Assembly (NCBI RefSeq): GCF_016889905.1
Contig: NZ_CP069559.1
Strand: one strand, 5' to 3'
DNA from: Escherichia coli
GTDB taxonomy: Bacteria > Pseudomonadota > Gammaproteobacteria > Enterobacterales > Enterobacteriaceae
Length of the DNA stretch: 32,000 bases
The notes below the pieces were generated by a model that worked only from the letters and a program-made list of their open reading frames with translations, was not told the origin of the DNA and searched no databases. The position numbers and the translations under genes were made by a program. The first letter of the stretch is position 1. Each line of letters starts with the position of its first letter. Of this stretch, positions 9,174 through 17,039 are shown piece by piece.

Positions 9174-9850
9174 TAGAATCCAAGCCCCCCAACAAGACCA
9201 ATAAGCCCACCACCAATAGCGCCTGCCGCAGTACCTATTCCAGGAACAACGGAACCAAGTTGCGCACCCGCTAAAGCGCCTGATGCTGCCCCACCAATAC
9301 CACGCGCAAGACTGGATGGCTGCTGCGCCTGACCTGCACGAATAGCGCCAAGCCCCTGCAAGAGTTGTCCGGTATTATTGGCGTAGTTTTGCCCTGCCGT
9401 TGCCTGCCCTGATGCCGCATTCATCCCGACATTTAGCAGGTTTCCATAATTTTGCATTTGCCCACTAAGCCAATTGTTATAAAGCATGGGCGCAATGGAA
9501 GATAACTGGTTACTGGTAGCTGTTGAGCCAAGCCCCCCGGTAGCTTCTGCTGAGACAAGGTTCTGATAACGGGCCTGATCTGCCTGTGTTTTATATAAAC
9601 CAGAACCAAAGAAATCATTCGCGGCTTTATTCTGCCCTTCCAGAGTCATCAGTCCTTGTAGTTGTTGTAAAGCAGGCAATCCGACTTCTGCATACGGCTT
9701 GAGATTATTCATCACCGTATTCCACTGCTCGCGCTGCAAATCAATTGCCTGCTGCTGGGCCTTCGCCTGAGCTTTAGAGGCACCACCATCACCGCCTTTT
9801 TCGTATACGGCACGATTGAGATGTTTATGAGCTATATGGGTAATTAACAT
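9173..9850 (-). CDS. P22 gp7-like DNA transfer/ejection protein
   Basis: EKGGDGGASKAQAKAQQQAIDLQREQWNTVMNNLKPYAEVG...QARYQNLVSAEATGGLGSTATSNQLSSIAPMLYNNWLSGQMQNYGNLLNVG closely resembles P22 gp7 as recalled. Confidence 0.9.
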   Translation of the reverse strand: MLITHIAHKHLNRAVYEKGGDGGASKAQAKAQQQAIDLQREQWNTVMNNLKPYAEVGLPALQQLQGLMTLEGQNKAANDFFGSGLYKTQADQARYQNLVSAEATGGLGSTATSNQLSSIAPMLYNNWLSGQMQNYGNLLNVGMNAASGQATAGQNYANNTGQLLQGLGAIRAGQAQQPSSLARGIGGAASGALAGAQLGSVVPGIGTAAGAIGGGLIGLVGGLGF

Positions 9851-10305
9851 TCGCTGAATTCCTTATATTGTTGCCGAGTTAACTGATAAAGCGTTACGCC
9901 GACGGGTTTACCACATCTGATATAAGCATCATCAAGGTGACCAACACGGGTAGCGCCAAGCAAACGGATAATTGCCCGTCCGTATTTCGTGGTGTCAGGA
10001 ACCATAGTGATGCTGTTAAGGAATGGTGAGTTTTCGAGAAGCCATTTGCAGAATAGTCGATGCCCTTGCAGTGCATATTCACCACGGAATCCGGGGTCAT
10101 ACACCGCATGGCATTCAACAACGCTATGCCAGAAGTTACGCACTTCATGAACGCCAGCCAGCACCAATCCTTCGTAGATGCCGAGATATACCGCATCAGG
10201 CTTGATGTAGTACGTGTGCCCCGGCTCAACAATATTTTCGGTATTGCCAGGATCGTTAAGAAAGGCCTGTAATCGCACAGGGTTATCAATAAATTTTAGT
10301 TCCAT
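9844..10305 (-). CDS. P22 gp14-like head assembly protein (DUF2824-like)
   Basis: MELKFIDNPVRLQAFLNDPGNTENIVEPGHTYYIKPDAVYLG...; position immediately upstream of the gp7-like gene as in P22. Confidence 0.75.
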   Translation of the reverse strand: MELKFIDNPVRLQAFLNDPGNTENIVEPGHTYYIKPDAVYLGIYEGLVLAGVHEVRNFWHSVVECHAVYDPGFRGEYALQGHRLFCKWLLENSPFLNSITMVPDTTKYGRAIIRLLGATRVGHLDDAYIRCGKPVGVTLYQLTRQQYKEFSEC

Positions 10306-10321
10306 GCGATGCCATCCATTT

Positions 10322-10483
10322 TCACATACAGCCTGCCAGCGCCTTATCTATTAACCCTCGAGCAATTTCATGCAGAGTTGGCGCTACTCCAATTCCTGAT
10401 TTTTTACGCTGCTCTTCCTGAATTTTCTTTATCGCTTCCATTTGCTTCTCACTTATCAATACCGGCTTTACTGAAATAGCCAT
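10322..10483 (-). CDS. 53-aa hypothetical protein, first gene of the ejection operon
   Basis: Manual translation: MAISVKPVLISEKQMEAIKKIQEEQRKKSGIGVAPTLHEIARGLIDKALAGCM*. Strong AAGGGGG ribosome-binding site upstream. Size and pattern are loosely ribbon-helix-helix-like. Confidence 0.65.
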   Translation of the reverse strand: MAISVKPVLISEKQMEAIKKIQEEQRKKSGIGVAPTLHEIARGLIDKALAGCM

Positions 10484-10498
10484 AACGCCCCCTTAGAA

Positions 10499-10514
10499 CT
10501 GTATAAAACAACAG
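10499..10514. promoter_or_regulatory. LexA box at promoter of the ejection-protein operon
   Basis: CTGT-ATAAAACA-ACAG, perfect CTGTN8ACAG with AT-rich core inside AACTGTATAAAACAACAGTT. It directly follows a minus-strand TATAAT (-10) at 10517-10522. Confidence 0.75.
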
Positions 10515-10578
10515 TTATTATAGTTTCATAAATCGCAATATTCATCATCGTAATTGCAAAATATGAAACAAATAGCAC

Positions 10579-10611
10579 AAAAAAATGCCACCGCTCAGTA
10601 GCTGGTGGCAT
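10579..10611 (-). terminator. rho-independent terminator after primase-side transcription
   Basis: Minus strand reads ATGCCACC-AGCTACTGAGC-GGTGGCAT followed by TTTTTTT. Confidence 0.8.
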
Positions 10612-10931
10612 CGTTCTGTGTGTCAGGTTTTGACAGGTTTTTTATGGACTCTAAAAACTATATTTATGGTGTCGCATTACTCTTCACGGCAGGCACTTTT
10701 CAGTTCTGCCCTTGCTTCTGGCTCCATTGGTAATTTGATTCGCGATCAGCTATGCGGATGGTTTGCTGAACAGGCATAACAACTTCTCAGAGGCTGTTTT
10801 TTGAACTACGAAAATTTCGTAGTGCTCACTTTCAAAAACGTCACGCCCTTGTACACAGGATTTTACGAAAGTCTCGTAAAACACTCTCTGATGCCAGCCA
10901 GGTGTTGTGCGCATCAATTCAGTCACATTGT

Positions 10932-11054
10932 GTTGGTTCAAAATACCGTGTTGTTGGTTCAGTATTGGTTCAATAAAAAGAATAAAATCCTTATAAAACA
11001 ATACTCTTTACAAATTGAACCAACTGAACCAACTGAACCAACTGAACCAACACC
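10932..11054. repeat. iteron island R (putative cis replication region/origin), inverted relative to island L
   Basis: GTTGGTTCA at 10932-10940 and 10953-10961, ATTGGTTCA at 10964-10972, AT-rich spacer, CTCTTTACAAAT, then four tandem TGAACCAAC at 11016-11051. Confidence 0.85.
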
Positions 11055-11076
11055 TTTTCTACGCACATGAAGAAGC

Positions 11077-13836
11077 TCATTCTTCAGATGAGTTATAATC
11101 TCCTGGCTGGTAATTGAGTACATAAACGTTTATTTGTCGTCCCTGAATACGTGGTGATTTTCTTTGGTATCCACGACCGCTGTTTGGTGGGGTTAGCATC
11201 CCGGCTTTTTTCAACACTTCAGCAAACTGTTTTGCGTTGAAACCACATGCGATCTCCTTTTCAAATGTGGCCGGGAATGTGTAGAAAATCATTGGGCTTT
11301 CGTCATGTTCTCCACGCTGACGGTATCCGGCCAAATCTTTGATGGGCAAATCTGCCGGGCTGTATGGAAATGGTGCAAAACGGCTAAGCCCATAGGCATT
11401 AAGAAATGCCTCCGTTTGTTCAATAATCTGCTGATGTTCTTTGTTACCTGTGCCGAACTCGCGCAACCATGCGTTATAGCTGTGCTGTATCGCATCACGG
11501 CATGTCTGAGCATCCCAGCCTGTTACAACCTCGCCTAACAGCAATGCGGCCTCCAGAATGGCAAATCGCGCGGCTACACGGTGAACCTGCTCACCATAAT
11601 CGGATGGGATCAGACTTCTCCATCTGCTTTCGCAGTCACGAACAGTTTTAATTGCCTGTTGCTGGTGGTCTGCCAGCCATTTAATCCACTCACGCCCGGC
11701 TGCGCCGTGGTGATGCTGGTAAGCGTCTTTCAGTGCGTCTGCGTGCTGTTTTCCGTTCTGGTAATCGTGAAAGCGTACTGCTTTACTCAACGGAATATTC
11801 AGCAGTCGCACCAGTTGCCCGGCTTTGGTTTTTCGCCCGGAAGTAGCGATAAATGTTTCTAAATCCATTTCTCCAGTGCTGATTGCCACTGTACGCCAGC
11901 GTTTTAGATCCCGGTTTCCACCATCTTTAGCGCCTTGCAGTTTCCCTACACCGTTAAATAACGCATAGGCAGACTGTGAAACACTGACAGGATCAGCGCC
12001 CTGACCAACTTCATCAAGCGGCATTAGTCCGTCATTGTGGGCGGCGGCTTCATTTGCCAGCCCCAGCGCGGTTCCGTACCACGTCAGCCGCAGTAAATCA
12101 GGGTTGCCGTATAAGCTGCTCGCCACGTTTGCCGTGGTGGTCTTACCTGCGCTCGACTGCTCATAGAAATGAATGCCGAACCCGTCAGCGCCCACCAGCC
12201 CAATCAATGGCGCTGCCAGTGCTGCGCCGATCCCGGTCATCATTGAATAGTTACCAAAGGCCAGACGCGCCACGTTATCACGCCAGCTTTTCGCGCTCCC
12301 TGAGACGGTATATCCGGCTGCGGCTGAGCTTCTCCCGCTGAACAGCACAGGATTTTCAGGTGTTCCGATGATTTCCCCATCAGGCATGATGTACGCTCCG
12401 CATTGCCAGCCAGTGGCATGAGCAACACGCCACAATTCACGAGAGCCACTGCGTTGTAGCCAGTCTGCCAGTATTGCTCTGAGGCTGCTTTTGGTCGTGA
12501 CATTTACCCCACCAGCTTTAAGTGTGCGCCATCCTTCACGTTCACCAATATCAGCCAGTGGAATGGCAGCGGTTGTCGGCGTTTCAGAACCAAACGACAG
12601 CCAGCGAAGAATGAGATACTGGTCTTTATCGTCTCTGCCAGTACCGATAACGCTTAACGGAGAACATAACCAGCTTTCGTTATTGATGATTTCTCCACTC
12701 TGGCTGTCAGCTCTCGGAGATACCCAATAAATACCATCCTCGCGGCTTTCTATTCTTGGTTTCAGTGGGTCGGTATCCATAACCTTAAAATCGCTTCCCT
12801 CAATGGTCTGTGGCTCCTGTTTCACGCCATTACCCTGTGGTTGGTACATTGACTTATTGAACGCTTCTGTGGCGCATTTAATGCCGTGTTTTTGGTGGTA
12901 ATCATTCCAGTCTGCTTTGTGATCTGTCGGGGGTAATGCCACCCATCCAGAAACAGATAAAGCTGCTTTTTCTGCTGCTATTCTCCCCGTGTTTTGTCTT
13001 CCTTCGCTGTGGTCGTTATCCGCAGCAATGATGATTTGTGCTGATGGATATTTATCCCGCAGTACCTGGGCGACATATAACAGGTTCCCGGCATCAATCG
13101 CCGCCACTGTCAGCGCCTCTGGACGAATTAAATGGGCAGATAATGCCGTTGCCAGCCCTTCTGCGATTAAGATGCTCTGTGTTGTTTCTGGTGCGTTTAT
13201 GGCGTGATATGCCCCCCGCTTTGCTGAACCTGTCAGGAGTCTTTTTTCACCATGTGAGGTAATAGTCTGTGCTGCTGTGACTGCGCCGGATTTATCCACC
13301 AGCGCCAGCAACAGAGATCCATCGGGCAACACGGGGAATGTAAAATCACCTACCCCTTTCGCAACCAGATAATCAGATTTGCCGTTTACAGCCTTTCTGC
13401 GCATGTCATCAAACTGACGGGAAAACGTATCCCGTCTTTGTTGTTCGTCCTTCTCTGCCCTTTTCAGGCGCTCCTGTTCGCGTCGCTGGCGCTCGGTTTC
13501 CAGTTGTTCCCGTTTCTGGCTGGTGGCTTCTGGTGTTTCCGTTGTCCGGTAATCAATACCCAGAACATCAGCGGCAAGAAGCGCCGCCTCTGTTGTGTCG
13601 CAGTTATTTACGCGTTTAATTAAATCCAGCCCATCACCAGCGCCGCACTGATTACAGATAAAGCTACCGCGCCCGTTGTCATCGAACCGGAATCGATCTT
13701 TGCCCCCACATGCAGGGCAGGGAGCATGACGGCGCGGAGAGTCAGGGACATTTATGTTCAGGCAGCCCAGCACATGAGGCCAGTTGTTTTCAGACGCACT
13801 GATAACCTGACGGATAAGATCAATGCTTCGCATCAC
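11077..13836 (-). CDS. P4-type phage/plasmid primase: zinc finger, toprim and probable DUF927-type domain (919 aa)
   Basis: N-terminal CPACGGKDRFRFDDNGRGSFICNQCGAGDGLDLIK zinc ribbon; toprim-like ILIAEGLATALSAHLIRPEALTVAAIDAGNLLYVAQVLRDKYPSAQIIIAADND; ATPase-like FYEQSSAGKTTTANVASSLYGNP. Confidence 0.9.
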   Translation of the reverse strand: MMRSIDLIRQVISASENNWPHVLGCLNINVPDSPRRHAPCPACGGKDRFRFDDNGRGSFICNQCGAGDGLDLIKRVNNCDTTEAALLAADVLGIDYRTTETPEATSQKREQLETERQRREQERLKRAEKDEQQRRDTFSRQFDDMRRKAVNGKSDYLVAKGVGDFTFPVLPDGSLLLALVDKSGAVTAAQTITSHGEKRLLTGSAKRGAYHAINAPETTQSILIAEGLATALSAHLIRPEALTVAAIDAGNLLYVAQVLRDKYPSAQIIIAADNDHSEGRQNTGRIAAEKAALSVSGWVALPPTDHKADWNDYHQKHGIKCATEAFNKSMYQPQGNGVKQEPQTIEGSDFKVMDTDPLKPRIESREDGIYWVSPRADSQSGEIINNESWLCSPLSVIGTGRDDKDQYLILRWLSFGSETPTTAAIPLADIGEREGWRTLKAGGVNVTTKSSLRAILADWLQRSGSRELWRVAHATGWQCGAYIMPDGEIIGTPENPVLFSGRSSAAAGYTVSGSAKSWRDNVARLAFGNYSMMTGIGAALAAPLIGLVGADGFGIHFYEQSSAGKTTTANVASSLYGNPDLLRLTWYGTALGLANEAAAHNDGLMPLDEVGQGADPVSVSQSAYALFNGVGKLQGAKDGGNRDLKRWRTVAISTGEMDLETFIATSGRKTKAGQLVRLLNIPLSKAVRFHDYQNGKQHADALKDAYQHHHGAAGREWIKWLADHQQQAIKTVRDCESRWRSLIPSDYGEQVHRVAARFAILEAALLLGEVVTGWDAQTCRDAIQHSYNAWLREFGTGNKEHQQIIEQTEAFLNAYGLSRFAPFPYSPADLPIKDLAGYRQRGEHDESPMIFYTFPATFEKEIACGFNAKQFAEVLKKAGMLTPPNSGRGYQRKSPRIQGRQINVYVLNYQPGDYNSSEE

Positions 13837-14191
13837 CGTACCCCACGTGGTCTATAGCGTTTGCGATATGGCTAACCAGCATCTGCCACTTGGTTATTCC
13901 GTAATCAGTCAGCATGCCATCATTGTTTAGCCACATATCAAATTCAGCGGTTGTCGCAAGTTTCCACTTATCGCCGTGGACAGTCCTCATTGCTGGGTAC
14001 ATGAATGCGCAAATCAGATCACAAACATCTGACGGCTTCAGAGATGTAGTAATGGTGCGTCCCTCTGGCGTCTGAATTGCCATTTTCTCTTCACCAGTAG
14101 AATGAAGGTTATGAATCCACACAGCACCAGCAATCTTTGCCACCTGCTCTCCGATTGCGGAGCTAAGCGCCATTTCTGCATTTTCACGCAT
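13820..14191 (-). CDS. hypothetical protein of P4-like/ash-type replication region
   Basis: 123 aa, overlaps primase start in operon layout. Confidence 0.6.
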   Translation of the reverse strand: MRENAEMALSSAIGEQVAKIAGAVWIHNLHSTGEEKMAIQTPEGRTITTSLKPSDVCDLICAFMYPAMRTVHGDKWKLATTAEFDMWLNNDGMLTDYGITKWQMLVSHIANAIDHVGYGDAKH

Positions 14192-14525
14192 GAGAACCTC
14201 CCGCTACAGTTGCGCCCATGTCATTAACCATGCTTTGCCATATCTCACGCCCGACGTCAGTCAATCCGTCCTTAGTGACGCAACGATCAAGAAGCTCGAT
14301 CCCCACGGTTTCCCACTGCGGGTAGAACACTTTCATGGCAGCCAGTGTGTAGCTATCGATCAGGCTGCGAACGCCTTTTACTCCATTGACGATTTCCACA
14401 CGTACGGCCTTGTCGTCCGCATGAACCATGAAATAGTCCCCGCCGCTGGTGGAGGTAATGTGGTTATACAGTGCCGACGCATACTTATTTGCCAGCGCAT
14501 TCAGTCGGAAATTTTTAGTAATCAT
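14184..14525 (-). CDS. hypothetical protein (113 aa)
   Basis: Overlapping operon ORF MITKNFRLNALANKYASALYNHITSTSGGDYFMVHADDKAVRVEIVNG... Confidence 0.6.
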   Translation of the reverse strand: MITKNFRLNALANKYASALYNHITSTSGGDYFMVHADDKAVRVEIVNGVKGVRSLIDSYTLAAMKVFYPQWETVGIELLDRCVTKDGLTDVGREIWQSMVNDMGATVAGGSHA

Positions 14526-14535
14526 GGCTCCATCC

Positions 14536-15138
14536 TCAGTGCGTCACTGGTTCCGCTGGCATGCCGTTTTCATTCAGTTCAGCTATAAAGCTGTTGTGAA
14601 GTTCAGCAAGCGTTTCACGACCAAATGGAGTCAGTGCTCCTTGTTCCACATCCATCATGGCTCTGTAGAAAATGATGGCGCGTTCTGTGCCAGACTCGAT
14701 GCCAAAACGTTCTATCATCGCGCCCTCAATGTTGTTTGCCATAGCGAGGCGCTCTGCTACTGGATACAGCGGCATGGCGACGATGCCGTTGGAATAAACA
14801 GCCACTTCGGAAGGATTGCCAGTATCATCAATGATGCTGACAGTGCCGTTTTCCTCTCTCATTTCCAGCATGAATACTGTTGCGATCAGCCATCTCCACA
14901 TAATGACGTTATGCTGTGATGTGTAATCGAAATATCCCTGGTTGCCGCCATCGGCAATAGCAAGATGTATTGACATACCTTCATCTGGTTTATCGTCATA
15001 ATCCCCGGCATCCAGACGATTTACGGCATCAATATATGAAACGGCCTCAACGCGTTCTGTCATGCCATCGTTGCTGCGGTACATGATGTTTACGCCGTCA
15101 GGCGTTGCTTCTGCATGGAAGGTTAAGAAATTATTCAT
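14536..15138 (-). CDS. hypothetical protein, probable start MNNFLTFHAEATPDG... (200 aa)
   Basis: The listed ORF extends to 15243, but ATG at 15138 overlaps the preceding gene's stop by a few nt, the usual spacing in this operon. Confidence 0.6.
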   Translation of the reverse strand: MNNFLTFHAEATPDGVNIMYRSNDGMTERVEAVSYIDAVNRLDAGDYDDKPDEGMSIHLAIADGGNQGYFDYTSQHNVIMWRWLIATVFMLEMREENGTVSIIDDTGNPSEVAVYSNGIVAMPLYPVAERLAMANNIEGAMIERFGIESGTERAIIFYRAMMDVEQGALTPFGRETLAELHNSFIAELNENGMPAEPVTH

Positions 15139-15352
15139 GTTTCGCCTCGCCTGAATGATTCTGTAACTCATATTTGCCCAACAATTCGTCTGCTTCCTGA
15201 ATAGCTTCTGGTACGCCATTGAGCAGTGACATAACCGCGCCAATCATTAACTTGTCTCTGTTGCTGGGGCTGGCCCCTTCAAGCCAGAACCCTAAAACAG
15301 TCTGAACCTGTTCGATGCGACATTGCGCTTCAATGAGCTGGATGTTGGTCAT
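15131..15352 (-). CDS. hypothetical protein (73 aa)
   Basis: Complete ORF in tightly packed same-strand operon. Confidence 0.55.
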   Translation of the reverse strand: MTNIQLIEAQCRIEQVQTVLGFWLEGASPSNRDKLMIGAVMSLLNGVPEAIQEADELLGKYELQNHSGEAKHE

Positions 15353-15612
15353 TTCGCACTCTCCACATCGATTAAACTGATATCTATCAGGGAGGTAACT
15401 TTTTGTAGCCAGCTATTGATTACTGTCGCCTGTTCCCCTCCCACCGAGGGAATAATCTCATTCATCACATGAACCAGACCTGTGCGCGCTCTGGTAAGCC
15501 GTTCAGTCGCGCAATCTGCGGGAGTGAATGTGTCTGGATATGGCTCTTCACGCCCCAGCAATGATTCAATTTCCAGCTCACACGGATGACGATAAATTAA
15601 GTTGATATTCAT
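15349..15612 (-). CDS. hypothetical protein (87 aa)
   Basis: Overlaps neighbours by 4 nt on both sides, the pattern of translational coupling. Confidence 0.6.
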   Translation of the reverse strand: MNINLIYRHPCELEIESLLGREEPYPDTFTPADCATERLTRARTGLVHVMNEIIPSVGGEQATVINSWLQKVTSLIDISLIDVESAK

Positions 15613-15803
15613 TTTTCACCCCCAAGAATTACCAGCTCTGCACGGGCATCGTTAACCAAAGATGAGCACGCTTTAATCGCATCCACGACATCAGCAGCGT
15701 CCATTTCTTCAGCCGAAAGACTGACAGCAACCAGGACAGCCGCTGCTTGCTCGATTAATTGAAGTGCGGACGTAAGTCGAGGGGCATTAATTGAGTTATT
15801 CAT
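15609..15803 (-). CDS. hypothetical protein, probable start [19 protein letters not shown]...
   Basis: Listed ORF reaches 15860; ATG at 15803 gives an acidic/helical 64-aa product overlapping the upstream gene by a few nt. Confidence 0.55.
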   Translation of the reverse strand: MNNSINAPRLTSALQLIEQAAAVLVAVSLSAEEMDAADVVDAIKACSSLVNDARAELVILGGEK

Positions 15804-16014
15804 TGGTTGCCCCCGTTTTTCCTGGCATTTCGCCACCTTCCAGCAGGAAATGAACGTCACGAACGGCGAGATCCAATATCGCGAGTAACGCCTTCAGTCT
15901 TTCGTCTCGTGAGGGAGAGTTGCTCACCAGAATGTCGTTAATCACTTCTGTCAGTGTGATGATCTGGCTTGTGCGTTCGAGGGGATCCATATGCACATCG
16001 TAGGTTTTAATCAT
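15796..16014 (-). CDS. hypothetical protein (72 aa), in-frame with the 3' end of the Ash-like ORF
   Basis: [30 protein letters not shown]...; GGAGG ribosome-binding site 6 nt before ATG (GGAGGTGGCACATG). Confidence 0.55.
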   Translation of the reverse strand: MIKTYDVHMDPLERTSQIITLTEVINDILVSNSPSRDERLKALLAILDLAVRDVHFLLEGGEMPGKTGATNE

Positions 16015-16863
16015 GTGCCACCTCCATGCGGATACGACCAGCAAAAAAGCAGACGTGATCGCGCACCAGAGAACGGCGAGCATCGCGTTCAGACTCGGCA
16101 GCAATATGATGAATTTTGGCGGTAATTGTCGGGCAATCGCGGCGAACTGCGGCGATAATCCAGATAAATTGCGGTTTTTGGGTAGGGGTAGTAGCCAGCA
16201 TGTGGCAGCCTCCTTCAGATAGCAGGTTACGCTACCACCGGAAACGCCAATTTCGCTGGTGGTAGCCCAGACAGGGTTGGCGTAACCGGCTCTGAAGGAT
16301 ACCGGCGCTTCCGAAGAAGCCCCCGCCTGAGCCACCATTGATTGACAAAGGCGCTGGATTATACACCAACGCCCAAAAAATGGGTGAGTCAGACCTACGA
16401 CATAAAAAAAGACGCTCGGCGCGTCATATGTCGCCTTCAGAATTTTCAGGACGCCAATCCCGGCACCCGTTTTATGAGGTGCCTTATAACCATAAACCGT
16501 GTTGCCGCATAACGGCAAGCTCTTTTTTATGGACTCCGAAAACTCACTATTGGAAGCACCAGATGCACAATACATCGCGCTCATTTCGTTAACGTCGCGC
16601 GTGTGGACGAAGGTTTTTGTGGAGTCACTACGCGAGCAGAGAAAGCCATCTACGACCAGAAATTCTCTGGCGCAGCCGCCGACCTTCTCAACGCTAACAC
16701 CATCGACCGTAATTTCTGACATAGTTAAGGCATCCGCTCCTACCACCAGAAAATGATAAACTTTGCTTGTATATGCTGTATTAATGCCAGACTTTGCTGT
16801 CATATTGCTGGATTTTGGCGACATACCAGCCAGTGAAAATATCTTCTTCTGGACGGTTAGCAT
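15796..16863 (-). CDS. Ash-family protein containing ORF (355 codons; functional 3' boundary unclear)
   Basis: Contains [47 protein letters not shown], a characteristic Ash segment. The start may be internal (e.g. MSEITVDGV at 16722). Confidence 0.65.
   Translation of the reverse strand: MLTVQKKIFSLAGMSPKSSNMTAKSGINTAYTSKVYHFLVVGADALTMSEITVDGVSVEKVGGCAREFLVVDGFLCSRSDSTKTFVHTRDVNEMSAMYCASGASNSEFSESIKKSLPLCGNTVYGYKAPHKTGAGIGVLKILKATYDAPSVFFYVVGLTHPFFGRWCIIQRLCQSMVAQAGASSEAPVSFRAGYANPVWATTSEIGVSGGSVTCYLKEAATCWLLPLPKNRNLSGLSPQFAAIARQLPPKFIILLPSLNAMLAVLWCAITSAFLLVVSAWRWHMIKTYDVHMDPLERTSQIITLTEVINDILVSNSPSRDERLKALLAILDLAVRDVHFLLEGGEMPGKTGATNE
16007..16201 (-). CDS. host cell division inhibitor Icd-like protein
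   Basis: [64 protein letters not shown]; perfect AAGGAGG ribosome-binding site 7 nt upstream; matches P4-like Icd/Ash family features. Confidence 0.65.
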   Translation of the reverse strand: MLATTPTQKPQFIWIIAAVRRDCPTITAKIHHIAAESERDARRSLVRDHVCFFAGRIRMEVAHD

Positions 16864-17039
16864 TTGTTAACCTCCGCGAACTCCTTCATGAAGCGCGCCA
16901 GCAGTTGTACGCATGGCGATTGATACCCGTCGCGATAAAACGTCACTCGGTTGTGAGACACGCTTTCGACAGTAACGAGTGCTCCGTGGGCATCTTTGTA
17001 GCGTTTTTGGGGTTGTGGTGTTCCTGTCGGCTTAAACAT
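16857..17039 (-). CDS. DUF4222-like small phage protein
   Basis: From internal ATG at 17039: [60 protein letters not shown]. Confidence 0.7.
   Translation of the reverse strand: MFKPTGTPQPQKRYKDAHGALVTVESVSHNRVTFYRDGYQSPCVQLLARFMKEFAEVNKC

Noticed and set aside
10750-11001. Minus-strand 83-aa ORF through island R
   Set aside because: Begins at a TTG without convincing support and overlaps iterons; possibly a 54-aa internal ORF (MRTTPGWHQRVFYETF...), but unsupported.
10801-11070. Plus-strand ORF ending ...EPTEPTEPTEPTPFLRT as a repeat protein
   Set aside because: The EPT repeat is just translation of the TGAACCAAC DNA iterons; the underlying feature is a cis-acting repeat array.
11289-13262. 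Several plus-strand ORFs opposite the primase gene
   Set aside because: Shadow ORFs antisense to a strongly coding 919-aa gene.
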